Source of the DNA: an uncultured virus (IMG/VR IMGVR_UViG_3300025151_000026)
Lineage: Duplodnaviria; Heunggongvirae; Uroviricota; Caudoviricetes
Length of the DNA: 64,000 bases
Strand: one strand, 5' to 3'
IMG/VR virus record: IMGVR_UViG_3300025151_000026
A program made the position numbers and the translations under genes. This document shows positions 10,410 to 19,690 of the stretch, piece by piece (within the stretch, counting starts at the first letter, position 1; each line of letters opens with the position of its first letter). The notes under the pieces are model-generated. The model did no database searches. It was not told the origin of the DNA and saw only the letters and a program-made list of their open reading frames with translations.

Positions 10410-10886
10410 ATGGTAGTCAAGTCAGCCACTAAAAAGAAACTAATGGAGATTGGTATCCCTGAAGAAGTAGCCCATGTATTATCGGAAGATAGAAAGTGGT
10501 CCGACCGCAGTGGGAAGTGGGATACTATCACAGAATTGATGGCCGTAGGAAGTCAAGAGGAAGTGCAAGAGTTCGTAGATATAATTAGACCCGTCATGAA
10601 TCATTATCCTTTCAACAACGCACCCGTAGAAAATCTCATGCTGTGGTATGGTATAATTATGGAAACAATCGCAGACCGCAATCTTGGAAGACCTGAACGT
10701 CCAGTATTTTATTCAGGCGTGGGTCATGTATTGTATCTGGGCGGAGGAAAACCGCCTCATATGATGAAACAACGTTTACAAGACTATGTGAAAGGTCCTA
10801 CAGCCTTTAACGAAAATATGTTTAAACACGCATGGAATCCCGAATCAAAACATTATGCTGCCATCAACAGGAAGGTGATACCATGA
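10410..10886 (+). CDS. hypothetical protein, C-terminal AIN tag
   Basis: GGTGGTGA RBS, 158 aa. Confidence 0.7.
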   Translation: MVVKSATKKKLMEIGIPEEVAHVLSEDRKWSDRSGKWDTITELMAVGSQEEVQEFVDIIRPVMNHYPFNNAPVENLMLWYGIIMETIADRNLGRPERPVFYSGVGHVLYLGGGKPPHMMKQRLQDYVKGPTAFNENMFKHAWNPESKHYAAINRKVIP

Positions 10887-11131
10887 CATTTGAACAACCA
10901 ATGATAGCAGGAAATAGATTTAACTGGATACCCGCAATTAATCATGTTTACTGGCCGATCCTTGCTTGCTACCAATGTGATGCTGTAGCCAAAACCTATG
11001 CCGAACTAAAAATGATACATAATACAGGTTTGTGTGAAAAATGCTATGATAGAGAATCGTCATACGAAGAACGACAACGAGAAGAATGGGAAGATGAACT
11101 ACAACGAGAACGGTATGAAAAACACCGTTAG
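10883..11131 (+). CDS. small Zn-finger protein
   Basis: GGTGA RBS with ATGA overlap; CYQC...CEKC. Confidence 0.6.
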   Translation: MTFEQPMIAGNRFNWIPAINHVYWPILACYQCDAVAKTYAELKMIHNTGLCEKCYDRESSYEERQREEWEDELQRERYEKHR

Positions 11132-11166
11132 TAAGATATAAATAAGTCGTGACATACACCCATGCC

Positions 11167-11283
11167 ATGTCTGGCTGGGAAACGTATGACCCTAATCCTC
11201 CTGATGATAAAGGCTTTCCTTGGGTGGAAGGAGTATTGAGCCTTGCGTTCATGGGTGCTTTAATTCTATTCGTGTGCTTTTAG
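11167..11283 (+). CDS. small membrane protein
   Basis: 38 aa with hydrophobic C-terminus; ATG exactly 30 nt after the TATA at 11137. Confidence 0.5.
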   Translation: MSGWETYDPNPPDDKGFPWVEGVLSLAFMGALILFVCF

Positions 11284-11319
11284 ATAAGTATATAAGGGTG
11301 CTAACAGGGATTAGAAGCC

Positions 11320-11568
11320 ATGAGCGATGATAGAGATCGGCAACAAATGGCCATCAGCCTATTGCGACAAGGCAAGGTGATGCGAGTGAAGGAAGATTAT
11401 TTCCGAGTGACAGGTAATTCTGGTAAAGATTGGAATATTGCTGTCTGGGACGACAACAACATTAGATGTAGTTGTCCTGTCAATAAAATCAAGAAACAAG
11501 AATGCCACCACATCAAGGCTGTGCAGATGTATTTGACTTCTGCTCGGACTGGTTGGAGAATGTGGTGA
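11320..11568 (+). CDS. SWIM zinc-finger protein
   Basis: CSCP-x7-CHH (CxC...CxH) motif. Confidence 0.75.
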   Translation: MSDDRDRQQMAISLLRQGKVMRVKEDYFRVTGNSGKDWNIAVWDDNNIRCSCPVNKIKKQECHHIKAVQMYLTSARTGWRMW

Positions 11569-11576
11569 TTTACCAT

Positions 11577-11726
11577 AGCCTTTATATAGGAGATAATAGT
11601 GGTAAGGGTATGTCTCGGCTAAAGTTGCGTATTGAGAAGGACGGTTGCCACGAAGAATGTCTTTGTGGTGATTGTGGCTATGTCTATGAAGAATATGAGG
11701 TAGCATAAGAGCCTTTATATAGGAGA
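11577..11726 (+). repeat. 17-bp direct repeat AGCCTTTATATAGGAGA (11577-11593 and 11710-11726), a duplicated promoter
   Basis: Exact repeat; each copy lies upstream of an ORF (32-aa Cys-rich ORF 11610-11708 and ORF 11749-12054). Confidence 0.8.
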
Positions 11727-11748
11727 ACTCGCTGGGAGTAAATAGGAA

Positions 11749-12054
11749 GTGAACAAAATGGGAAGAAAACACGCATGGGTAGACCGCCGCAGGGTGAACG
11801 CCTTTGATTTGATGGAAGATAGAGCCTACTTGACTACCGAGTTGGCAGAAATACTGAATAAAGACCATGTGCACGAAGTCCGTCCACGACAGATTTTCTG
11901 TGTGCTAAAGGCCGATAAGCGATTCCGCAAGATACGCAAGGTTAAGGTTGATAGCGTGGCTCGCACTAAGAGCCATGAAGTATGGTTGTTTGGTCGTGCT
12001 GACCGAGAATACAACGATCGCCACCCTTATCGCTTGAAAAGTGGTGATGTCTGA
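11749..12054 (+). CDS. basic hypothetical protein, possible winged-helix
   Basis: LTTELAEIL...RQIFCVLKADKRF pattern. Confidence 0.55.
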   Translation: MNKMGRKHAWVDRRRVNAFDLMEDRAYLTTELAEILNKDHVHEVRPRQIFCVLKADKRFRKIRKVKVDSVARTKSHEVWLFGRADREYNDRHPYRLKSGDV

Positions 12055-12292
12055 TGTGTGATGTTTGTAGTAAAACAGAATACGTCTGCCGAGTTAGCCG
12101 AGGGGCACAATTTAGTAATGTCAAAGCCTATTGCTTAGATTGCTTATTGGAAACCTATCCAAAATCCGGGGAGTTGTTAGCATGAGTTGTAATATTTGTT
12201 GGCAAGCAGTATGTCCACACCTTTCTCCAAAAGAAGCACACGCTTATTTGGATAGTTATTATTGCGAACATTGTTGTGGTGATGCCCAATGA
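12054..12292 (+). CDS. two tandem micro Zn-finger ORFs (12054-12185 and 12182-12292)
   Basis: MCDVC...CLDC and MSCNIC...CEHCC; coupled overlaps. Confidence 0.55.
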
Positions 12293-12564
12293 AGATCGGT
12301 GAGACCATTTCTAAGACTAAATTGATTAAGATGCTGACAGGCAAGACACAACGAATGTGGAGTGCCGAAGAAAAGTGTTTTCAAGATATTGCTTTGACTA
12401 CTCGTTATGATGGTAATGTTATGACTATCACAGACTTTAAAGATACTGGACACTATCAGATTATTAGAGGAGAAAGCGACACACAGAAGATGAAGATGTG
12501 TTATAATGTCAAGAATAAAATGGTAGTAACTGGAAGTATCCTGCCCCGAGAGGTAGAGGAATAG
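12289..12564 (+). CDS. hypothetical protein
   Basis: GGTGA RBS, 91 aa. Confidence 0.6.
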   Translation: MKIGETISKTKLIKMLTGKTQRMWSAEEKCFQDIALTTRYDGNVMTITDFKDTGHYQIIRGESDTQKMKMCYNVKNKMVVTGSILPREVEE

Positions 12565-12623
12565 GTTATATATCAACCGAAAAGTTTATAAGGGTGACGT
12601 GTAGAAATATAAAGGTGAGCAGT

Positions 12624-13544
12624 ATGTGGGATAGCGATTGTAGTGAATGTGGTGCATCTAAGGATAGCATCAGAGAAAATGAAACTGGAGAATATGAATG
12701 TCCTGACTGTGGACTCATTTTGGGCTTAGCCATTGATATGGGTAAAGATTATCGTGTCTTTGCTGATGGTGCAGGTGCTAACAATGAACGCCACGGCATG
12801 GCAGCAACATGGCTTTTGCACGATAAAGGTCTAACAACCGATATTTGTCGTATGAATAAAGATGCTTCAGGTGCACCTATCAAGGGTGAGTTCCGTAAGC
12901 GTCTGGGTAGGCTACGCCGACAACAACAGCGAACTCGTATTCGCAACAGCACAGAACGCAATTTGGTGCAAGCCCTGTATGAACTACAGCGTTTGGCAAG
13001 TCAAATGGGACTCAATGAGACTATTCGTGAGCAGGCTGCCTATATCTATCGTAAGGCTGCTGAAGCCAAGTTGGTTCAAGGTCGTAGCATTGAAGGTGTA
13101 GTCGCTGCCAGCATTCACGCTGCTTGCCGACTTAATGGTATTCACCGCACTCTTGATGAGATCGGACGACACAGCCGTATTGGTCGTAAAGAGATTGGAC
13201 GCACCTACCGCAAGGTTAAGCAACAACTTCACTTGCGTATCGCACCCAGCAGTGCTCAAGGTTTCGTGCCAGCATTCTGTAATAAACTGCAAGTGCCAGT
13301 CACTATTGAGGCTGAAGCCCTGCGTATCTTGGGTGAACCTGCTGTTAAGAAGATTGCCACAGGTCGTAGTCCAACAGGTATCGCTGCAGCCGTAGTATAT
13401 TTGTCTTGTATGAAGAATCCAGAGAGTTATCGCACCCAGCGAGATGTGGCTGCCGCCGCAGGAGTGACCGAAGTTACTATCCGTAATCGCTACAATGATA
13501 TTTGTGATGCTCTTGGCATTGACCGAAACAATTTGGGACAGTAA
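12624..13544 (+). CDS. tfb: transcription initiation factor IIB (archaeal TFB)
   Basis: Zn ribbon CSEC...CPDCG, LHDKGLTT B-reader/linker, two cyclin repeats (GRSIEGVVAASI, GRSPTGIAAAVVY), TQRDVAAAAGVTEVTIRNRY; GGTGA RBS before ATG 12624. Confidence 0.96.
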   Translation: MWDSDCSECGASKDSIRENETGEYECPDCGLILGLAIDMGKDYRVFADGAGANNERHGMAATWLLHDKGLTTDICRMNKDASGAPIKGEFRKRLGRLRRQQQRTRIRNSTERNLVQALYELQRLASQMGLNETIREQAAYIYRKAAEAKLVQGRSIEGVVAASIHAACRLNGIHRTLDEIGRHSRIGRKEIGRTYRKVKQQLHLRIAPSSAQGFVPAFCNKLQVPVTIEAEALRILGEPAVKKIATGRSPTGIAAAVVYLSCMKNPESYRTQRDVAAAAGVTEVTIRNRYNDICDALGIDRNNLGQ

Positions 13545-13576
13545 CTACAAATAGGTGGTGACCAGATTCCCCAACC

Positions 13577-14140
13577 ATGTGGGAATGGCTCTCGGCAGGA
13601 TTAACGGTAATCATATTATGGTTAGTTCAACAATTGTATAGTCTCAAATCTGCTGACCCTGTGATTGAAAGGGTAGAAATCCCTGTGCAGGACAATACAC
13701 AACTGTTAGAGTTAGCAGACCAATTAGGGTCATCGCAACAACAAGTGAAGTTCTTAGAGGCTACTATTGATACCTTGAGTCATACTGTGGCTACCTTAGA
13801 AATAGATTTAGAGAACACTCAGCAAGAGGCCAAGAAGCAGAAAGGTCGGGCTGCCTCAGCCCATACCTCAAAAGGACAAATCTTAGAGAAGTGGGCACCG
13901 TTTGTTAATCACCCCGAAATAGATCCTGATTGGGACGCAGAGAATTGGAGTTTCATGGGCAATCCTATTGATTACATTGTCTGGGATTGGTATAAAGATA
14001 AAAATAAGAACTTGGAAGCAGGCATGATTTACATTATGGACGTTAAATCTGCTAAAGCACAACTAACTACTAAACAACGCCGTATAAGAGATTTAGTAAA
14101 AGCAGGACGAGTAGAGTGGCGAGAAATTAGGTTGGATTAG
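13577..14140 (+). CDS. endonuclease related to archaeal Holliday junction resolvase (Endonuc_Holl-like), with N-terminal TM and coiled coil
   Basis: GQILEKWAPF, FMGNPIDYI, DVKS, QRRIRDLV motifs. Confidence 0.8.
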   Translation: MWEWLSAGLTVIILWLVQQLYSLKSADPVIERVEIPVQDNTQLLELADQLGSSQQQVKFLEATIDTLSHTVATLEIDLENTQQEAKKQKGRAASAHTSKGQILEKWAPFVNHPEIDPDWDAENWSFMGNPIDYIVWDWYKDKNKNLEAGMIYIMDVKSAKAQLTTKQRRIRDLVKAGRVEWREIRLD

Positions 14141-14141
14141 A

Positions 14142-14342
14142 ATGAATGTAGGATTTACCGACCGTCTGGCCAGATTAATGGGTGGTTTAGGTTTATTGGC
14201 TGTAGATTTTTTAGCCAGCAGTGAATGGGAATTACTTTTATTAGGTTTTGGAATCTGGGGTGTGCTAACTTCAACTTTTGGTTGGTGTCCTTTTTACAAA
14301 TTAACTGGTGTCAATACTTGTCCGATCGATGCTAAGATATAA
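14142..14342 (+). CDS. DUF2892 / YgaP-like small membrane protein
   Basis: NVGxxDRxxR start and FGWCPFY...GVNTCP. Confidence 0.85.
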   Translation: MNVGFTDRLARLMGGLGLLAVDFLASSEWELLLLGFGIWGVLTSTFGWCPFYKLTGVNTCPIDAKI

Positions 14343-14367
14343 ATATGTAAAAAACCAAAAAAGTGAC

Positions 14368-14643
14368 ATGACTCACGTTGTAACCTCGCCTTGTGTAAAT
14401 CATAAGTATCAAGATTGTGTAGCAGTATGCCCTGTTGATGCTTTCAGGGAAATGGAAACTTATTTAGTAATTGACCCAGATGAATGTATTGATTGTGCTG
14501 CGTGTGTGACAGAATGTCCTGTTGAAGCCATCTTTGCAGATTATGATGTGCCTGATGAAGAAGAGGCATGGATTGATAGAAACGAAGAAGAATCGCAAGA
14601 TGCGCCCTTGGCTACTGGAGATTCAGAAGTGCTGGGCGACTAA
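14368..14643 (+). CDS. 7Fe-type ferredoxin (FdxA-like)
   Basis: MTHVVTSPC...DCVAVCPVD...IDPDECIDCAACVTECPVEAIF. Confidence 0.92.
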   Translation: MTHVVTSPCVNHKYQDCVAVCPVDAFREMETYLVIDPDECIDCAACVTECPVEAIFADYDVPDEEEAWIDRNEEESQDAPLATGDSEVLGD

Positions 14644-14675
14644 AATACATATAGTTGGTAGACGATATTAACCAT

Positions 14676-15626
14676 ATGGCAGAACAGGCTGGTGGTTTGG
14701 CTATGGACGTAGCCTTAGAAATATTTGCCAGTGTCATGGGCTACCACGCTACCGAAGAAGGATATGAAATGCTAATGGGTATGCCCGTAGGACAAGACCT
14801 TGGTGACGCAGAAATCATGAAACTAAGTATGGCTTTTCAACCACGAGATCAACCTCCTCATAAATATATTGATTGGCAAGATGGAAAGGGTTGGAAAAAT
14901 GCTAACAAAATGGCAGAGTGGTGGCGACAAACTTATGGTTATAGAATCGTAGAAAGTGATTACCATGCTTTCTGGCCTAACAAAGACGATTTTGTTTCTG
15001 GTGGATATCTAAATAACAATATGGATGTGGTATTGTCTGAGATTGTAGATTTTGGTAAAGTAGTTCCTGAAAGTTGGGAAATGCAAAAGTGGAATAAGTT
15101 AAATGGTAAAAACATTGACATGAATCCTTTATCTATGTTTGTAGGTGCTTTGATTGATGATTACGAAAATGGTATTGAATATTATGACACTTTGATAACA
15201 CCTTTATCTGATAGTATGGGTGGCCCAATCAAATGGGGACAAACATACGAAACATTGGAAGAATCATATAATAAAAACCGGGGAGATGTAGACAACGAAT
15301 ACGATGCTAACCGACAAAGCCGAAATCTCTACCATGCTATTATGCAATTACCTTTAACAGATAAACAAGGCAGATACCGACATGGTTGGATTGCTGTTAT
15401 ACCATATCGTCCCACTAAAAGCAAATATGGCTTGTCCAAAAACATGGAAATGAGTCAAATGGCTTTCTTAGATATAACTGAACCCATGTATGATCCGCTG
15501 GATACTCTACCATTACCTAACGGACAACTAAAATTATATTTCGGAGAAGATGCTTTCGCTAAATGGAAAGAAGTGCGCTTATTTCCTCACCAAAGTATTA
15601 ACGTTCAAATTATCAAACTGGATTAA
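14676..15626 (+). CDS. hypothetical protein, C-terminal SINV tag
   Basis: Long ORF; start set 30 nt after the TATA at 14646. Confidence 0.7.
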   Translation: MAEQAGGLAMDVALEIFASVMGYHATEEGYEMLMGMPVGQDLGDAEIMKLSMAFQPRDQPPHKYIDWQDGKGWKNANKMAEWWRQTYGYRIVESDYHAFWPNKDDFVSGGYLNNNMDVVLSEIVDFGKVVPESWEMQKWNKLNGKNIDMNPLSMFVGALIDDYENGIEYYDTLITPLSDSMGGPIKWGQTYETLEESYNKNRGDVDNEYDANRQSRNLYHAIMQLPLTDKQGRYRHGWIAVIPYRPTKSKYGLSKNMEMSQMAFLDITEPMYDPLDTLPLPNGQLKLYFGEDAFAKWKEVRLFPHQSINVQIIKLD

Positions 15627-15844
15627 AATCCATAAAGGGTTTCATGAGTGCCGTTGCGGAACATATCTTTAATTATATTTACTTGTTCATCAAGACGACG
15701 CTCAAAGTTGGTGCGATCTACATCTACGACAGTATCTTCTCGCCATTGATGTCCTGCTAATTCCACCCAGACCTCACCTACAAACCATTCACATTGATAA
15801 TCTGGCTCAATAACTATGGACCAGATGGTAGGTGTTTCAGTCAT
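15623..15844 (-). CDS. small hypothetical protein
   Basis: 73-aa ORF convergent with the previous gene. Confidence 0.55.
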   Translation of the reverse strand: MTETPTIWSIVIEPDYQCEWFVGEVWVELAGHQWREDTVVDVDRTNFERRLDEQVNIIKDMFRNGTHETLYGF

Positions 15845-15939
15845 GAATTACATTTCTTTTTGTGACTATATTAATCTTGTGCCAGATGTCTTCAATACCT
15901 ATGATAAACTACAAATAGTTGGAAAATGAAGTATAAAGA

Positions 15940-16449
15940 ATGGGTGGTTACTTCCCCGAAAAGCCGTCTCGCACGGACGATTTCCCGAACTCCGAGAGGG
16001 AAGCCCTTACTGTTTTGAGAAAAATGAAACGACCCGATTATGAATACTTTGAACTTACTGACTCCAGTCCCAGACACGCCTTTACTAAATATATGGATGA
16101 AAAGGGCTTAGCATATGACCCAGATTTTCTAAAACAAATTATAGAAGATACTCAAAAAGTCATGATGAGTTACAAACATTACTATAATCGTCTGCGTCCT
16201 GCTCAAGTTAATACAGATATCGGTGCACATAGTTCTTACCGTGCTTCTGAAACTGCAAAAACACCTGCTTACCCATCAGGTCATGCCTTCCAAGCCTATG
16301 TTATTGCTAAGCAACTAAGCCGACAACACCCATTACATTATTTCCAATTCTTTAGAATAGCCGATCGCATCGCTAATGCACGGGTGAGTGTAGGATTACA
16401 TTATCCTTCTGATAATACTAAGGCGTATAAATTGGCTATGCAACTATAA
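15940..16449 (+). CDS. PAP2 / haloperoxidase-superfamily phosphatase
   Basis: KxxYxRxRP, YPSGH and RxxxGxHYxSD motifs. Confidence 0.88.
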   Translation: MGGYFPEKPSRTDDFPNSEREALTVLRKMKRPDYEYFELTDSSPRHAFTKYMDEKGLAYDPDFLKQIIEDTQKVMMSYKHYYNRLRPAQVNTDIGAHSSYRASETAKTPAYPSGHAFQAYVIAKQLSRQHPLHYFQFFRIADRIANARVSVGLHYPSDNTKAYKLAMQL

Positions 16450-16480
16450 ATATAAATATCTGGCAACTGCAGTATACCAT

Positions 16481-16711
16481 ATGGGTAAACGTTGTGATAG
16501 GTGTAATTATTATACACCTGATATTTATATGGAACACGAAGCGTTGCTCAGACAATTAGCCCAACAAGGCACAGAATCTACTATGTCAGATTTAGATAGC
16601 GATGGAATCTTGCGATTAAAAGAATTATTTGATGCTATGCAACAAATCTCGCAAGGTGAAATATGTAGATGTAGCACTTATCAATCTATTAATGTGGAGA
16701 GGATAATATGA
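16481..16711 (+). CDS. small Cys-containing protein, C-terminal SINV tag
   Basis: ATG 30 nt after TATA. Confidence 0.6.
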   Translation: MGKRCDRCNYYTPDIYMEHEALLRQLAQQGTESTMSDLDSDGILRLKELFDAMQQISQGEICRCSTYQSINVERII

Positions 16712-16980
16712 CATGGGAAAACATTGATGGTGTTTTTCTACCCAATCATAGATGTAGTTGTGGTAATCTTAATATCATCGCTATGGCTTATCGCACAGAA
16801 AGATTGGCTCGCATGATATCTAATGAGTCTATCAGTCCTATTGAAAGAGAAGATCTCAAACAGGATTTGCTGGGTATGATGTCAGATGCTAATAAGATAA
16901 TGACTGGTGAATGGGGACAATGTGCCTGCAATTTTGGCACCTTAGCCATCAACCAAACAGGTTTTGCTAAAAGTATATAA
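16708..16980 (+). CDS. small Cys-containing protein, C-terminal AINQ tag; same CxC/helical-hairpin layout as the upstream gene
   Basis: GGAGAGG RBS, coupled overlap. Confidence 0.6.
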   Translation: MTWENIDGVFLPNHRCSCGNLNIIAMAYRTERLARMISNESISPIEREDLKQDLLGMMSDANKIMTGEWGQCACNFGTLAINQTGFAKSI

Positions 16981-16984
16981 GGGT
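16974..16984 (+). promoter_or_regulatory. class-A promoter (TATATAAGGGT or similar); further copies at 11289, 11581, 11714, 12585, 24095, 26334, 27584, 38926, 43507
   Basis: Recurrent TATA box immediately followed by AGG(GT), upstream of TFB, helicase, GGR and small regulators. Confidence 0.75.
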
Positions 16985-17017
16985 AATCTCTATCACTCTT
17001 TCATACAGGTGACCAAT

Positions 17018-17473
17018 ATGGTTAAGATTGAAGTAAATTGTAAAGATGGATACGCAGCACGAGAATACACACGAGATGACGGCACTTTGGCCTACTTTTT
17101 GAAAGGCCCAAACGCAGTTAGCAACGACCAAGGCGAAGTCGGACGATACGATGTCCGTGGTCGCTACGCAGGCAAGTTTAAGTCTGCTGTGGGTGCTCGC
17201 AAGCGATTCGGTGTTCTTGACGGCAACAAAGCCCAAGAATACGCTAAAATCACTATCACTACTCCCGATGGTGTCAATGTTTACATTGGCGACCTTGACG
17301 AAGGACAAATGAGCACTCAAGAGCGCATTACACTCGGTATGTGTATCAACAACGCTACACACCTTACTGCTGCTCAGATGGATGCTGAAAATGCACCCCA
17401 GAACCTTGTAAACTCCATTTATGATTTGGCTGACGAACTCTTTGCAGAGTATAAGGCCCGATACATGGATTGA
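17018..17473 (+). CDS. hypothetical protein
   Basis: GGTGA RBS, TATATAAGGGT promoter, C-ending codon bias. Confidence 0.7.
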   Translation: MVKIEVNCKDGYAAREYTRDDGTLAYFLKGPNAVSNDQGEVGRYDVRGRYAGKFKSAVGARKRFGVLDGNKAQEYAKITITTPDGVNVYIGDLDEGQMSTQERITLGMCINNATHLTAAQMDAENAPQNLVNSIYDLADELFAEYKARYMD

Positions 17474-17693
17474 GCAAAGGAAGGCGGACTCCCGAATACC
17501 TTTATGGTGCAGGGGGGCAGAGCATGGGAGACTGACGACCACAAGTCTGAAGTCGCTGAGACACTAAAGAGATAAAAAGGGCACAGACCCCGACAACTAT
17601 AGTAGTATGAAAGATTGATTGCATCAATCAAGTAATACAATGCCTGCCCTCCAAACCATTAGATTCAAATAGTTCCGACACTACAATGCTCTT

Positions 17694-17858
17694 ATGCGTC
17701 TACAACTGGATTTAGGATCAAACCGTAGTTTGGTTTTTGAAGACTATTCTGACACTGACTATCTCAAAGTTAGCGTGGAAGATGTCAATGGCACATCTAA
17801 TATTACTTTAGGCTTGGTAAAGCGTGAAGATATCAAGCGATTAGGTAAGTCATGCTGA
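17694..17858 (+). CDS. small hypothetical protein
   Basis: 54 aa translated by hand; ATG 30 nt after TTCAAATAGTT. Confidence 0.5.
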   Translation: MRLQLDLGSNRSLVFEDYSDTDYLKVSVEDVNGTSNITLGLVKREDIKRLGKSC

Positions 17859-18944
17859 ATAGTAGTCTTGTAAGAACTGATTGATAATCTCGGCTACCTT
17901 CCAACTACCATTCTCTACATGGCATTCTCCTAAGCCGTGTAAACTTGATGACATCTCAGTTAGGGCTTCTGCACTGACTGAATCCATAGGTATAGTGCAA
18001 GCATTAGGGTAGTAGAAAGAAGTTAATTTAGAATTGAGTTCGGATTCAATGTGTCGCTTCTCAGGAACTAATATAATTGGTGCACCAATGTGACAGGCTT
18101 CGCCAATAGTGCTCGCACCTGCGGCAGTTATCAAATAACGACAGTTTTCTAAATCACGAGTAAAGGATTGTCCTGCAGGACAGAACTTAACGGTATCTGT
18201 ATCAACAGCATCATCACCTGCCCCATACCATTTTACCGTGCAATTGTTATCTTGAGCGAACTTAACAATCTCGTCCATCTTACTCAAAAAGGATTTACGG
18301 TGATAAACCATAATGTAATCACTCGTCCAACCCGACCATCGCTTACCACGATAACGTTCCTGAATTGGTGGACCTACCATAAATGTATTTCGTTTCTTGA
18401 CTAAACTTTCTTCAGGCAAGGCTTTGGCTACAATAGTAACATTACCATCAGGACAAATCATACGGTTAATTATATTTAATTGTTTGAGTGCAACACGATC
18501 GCCATTAGTAATAGTGTCACAGTCTGCAGGTAACTGACAATGCGTTCCGAAAGATTGGTTGTTATAGATAATTAGTGGAATACCTGCTAACTTAGCGGCT
18601 CTTGACAACAACGGTTCGTAATCAGAAATAACTAAATCATATTTGTGGGCTTTGAGATGGTCTGCTAAATCTATAATCTTCCCACGATTCTGTAGAAACC
18701 AACTGGGATAGTAAAGGGCGGTCTTGAAAGCACTGGGATTATCATTTTTATTATATTGAATCCGGGGTGTGGGTAATTGGTTTACTATGTAACCTTCTTC
18801 TCGTAATGGCTCTACTGCCATGCAACAAGTAAAGAAAGTAATTTTATGTCCTGCTAACAATAAATATGGGGCTACAGTAATAGCACGGGTAGAGTGACCA
18901 CGGCCTTCGCCAGATAATCCATAAGCAATTTTCACGTTACTCAC
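17850..18944 (-). CDS. GT-B glycosyltransferase (MJ1255/VC2487-like)
   Basis: YGLSGEGRGHSTR, DLVISDYEP, ITAAGASTIGEA. Confidence 0.85.
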   Translation of the reverse strand: MSNVKIAYGLSGEGRGHSTRAITVAPYLLLAGHKITFFTCCMAVEPLREEGYIVNQLPTPRIQYNKNDNPSAFKTALYYPSWFLQNRGKIIDLADHLKAHKYDLVISDYEPLLSRAAKLAGIPLIIYNNQSFGTHCQLPADCDTITNGDRVALKQLNIINRMICPDGNVTIVAKALPEESLVKKRNTFMVGPPIQERYRGKRWSGWTSDYIMVYHRKSFLSKMDEIVKFAQDNNCTVKWYGAGDDAVDTDTVKFCPAGQSFTRDLENCRYLITAAGASTIGEACHIGAPIILVPEKRHIESELNSKLTSFYYPNACTIPMDSVSAEALTEMSSSLHGLGECHVENGSWKVAEIINQFLQDYYSA

Positions 18945-19267
18945 TCCGTAGCACGTTCAATATCAAACTTTTCACGGTCGTAAAGCACATAATGAGAAGT
19001 GCTGTAACTCAAACCTTGAGCCATGTTCCCTAATAACAATCCTGCTAAAGTAGAATTAACCCATGTGCGCTGGAAGGGGAAGAAATAAAGTAAAGATAAT
19101 CCTGCTAAAGAGTAAATCCAATGATGAATGTGGAAATATTTATTATCTCCGATCTCAAACCGAATAGAAGGAATCAAATCTAAACCATAAACATGAGGGT
19201 GAATAACTTCGGCTACAATAGAACTAACGGCTGCAGCAGTGATAACAACTGGCAAACTTAAGTCCAT
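18941..19267 (-). CDS. membrane protein
   Basis: Hydrophobic segments, HIHHW motif. Confidence 0.65.
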   Translation of the reverse strand: MDLSLPVVITAAAVSSIVAEVIHPHVYGLDLIPSIRFEIGDNKYFHIHHWIYSLAGLSLLYFFPFQRTWVNSTLAGLLLGNMAQGLSYSTSHYVLYDREKFDIERATE

Positions 19268-19300
19268 AAGATAGTATTATCGTTACGACTACTTATATTT

Positions 19301-19690
19301 TCATTCTTCTTCTGGGCCTGTCCACAGGAAGTGCACAGCCTGAGAAGGTTGTTGTAAGCCCATTTTCATGGCGGAACTAATGATAACTCCCATCAACTCA
19401 TCAATCTTTTTCAAAGTAGAACTAATGCGATTGAAACCTACCATACCTACAATATCTAAAACAGTATAATTTTGTCCTTTCTTGTCAGTAATCATGCCAC
19501 GACGATACTGGAGGTCATGAGTCATACACAAACCTTCTACACTTACAGTTAAGGGAGAGATATCTACATCATCGTCATCAAAAACAACTAACCGCATCAA
19601 GAAACCATCAGGCTCTTGGTTTTGGTCAGCAAACATTTGGAGAGCATCATCTAAATTGATGTTTTTCATCTCGGGTTGGTCTTCAGCCAT
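19301..19690 (-). CDS. hypothetical protein
   Basis: 129 aa, GGTGA RBS. Confidence 0.65.
   Translation of the reverse strand: MAEDQPEMKNINLDDALQMFADQNQEPDGFLMRLVVFDDDDVDISPLTVSVEGLCMTHDLQYRRGMITDKKGQNYTVLDIVGMVGFNRISSTLKKIDELMGVIISSAMKMGLQQPSQAVHFLWTGPEEE

Noticed and set aside
10868..10886. Shared C-terminal KVI ending (also at 2747 and 53396) as part of the peptide tag
   Set aside because: Largely explained by the overlapping Shine-Dalgarno (AAGGTGAT or GGAGG) of the next gene; only the preceding S/A-I-N is kept.
17530..17556. Hammerhead ribozyme suggested by CTGACGA
   Set aside because: No properly placed GAAA core or flanking stems.
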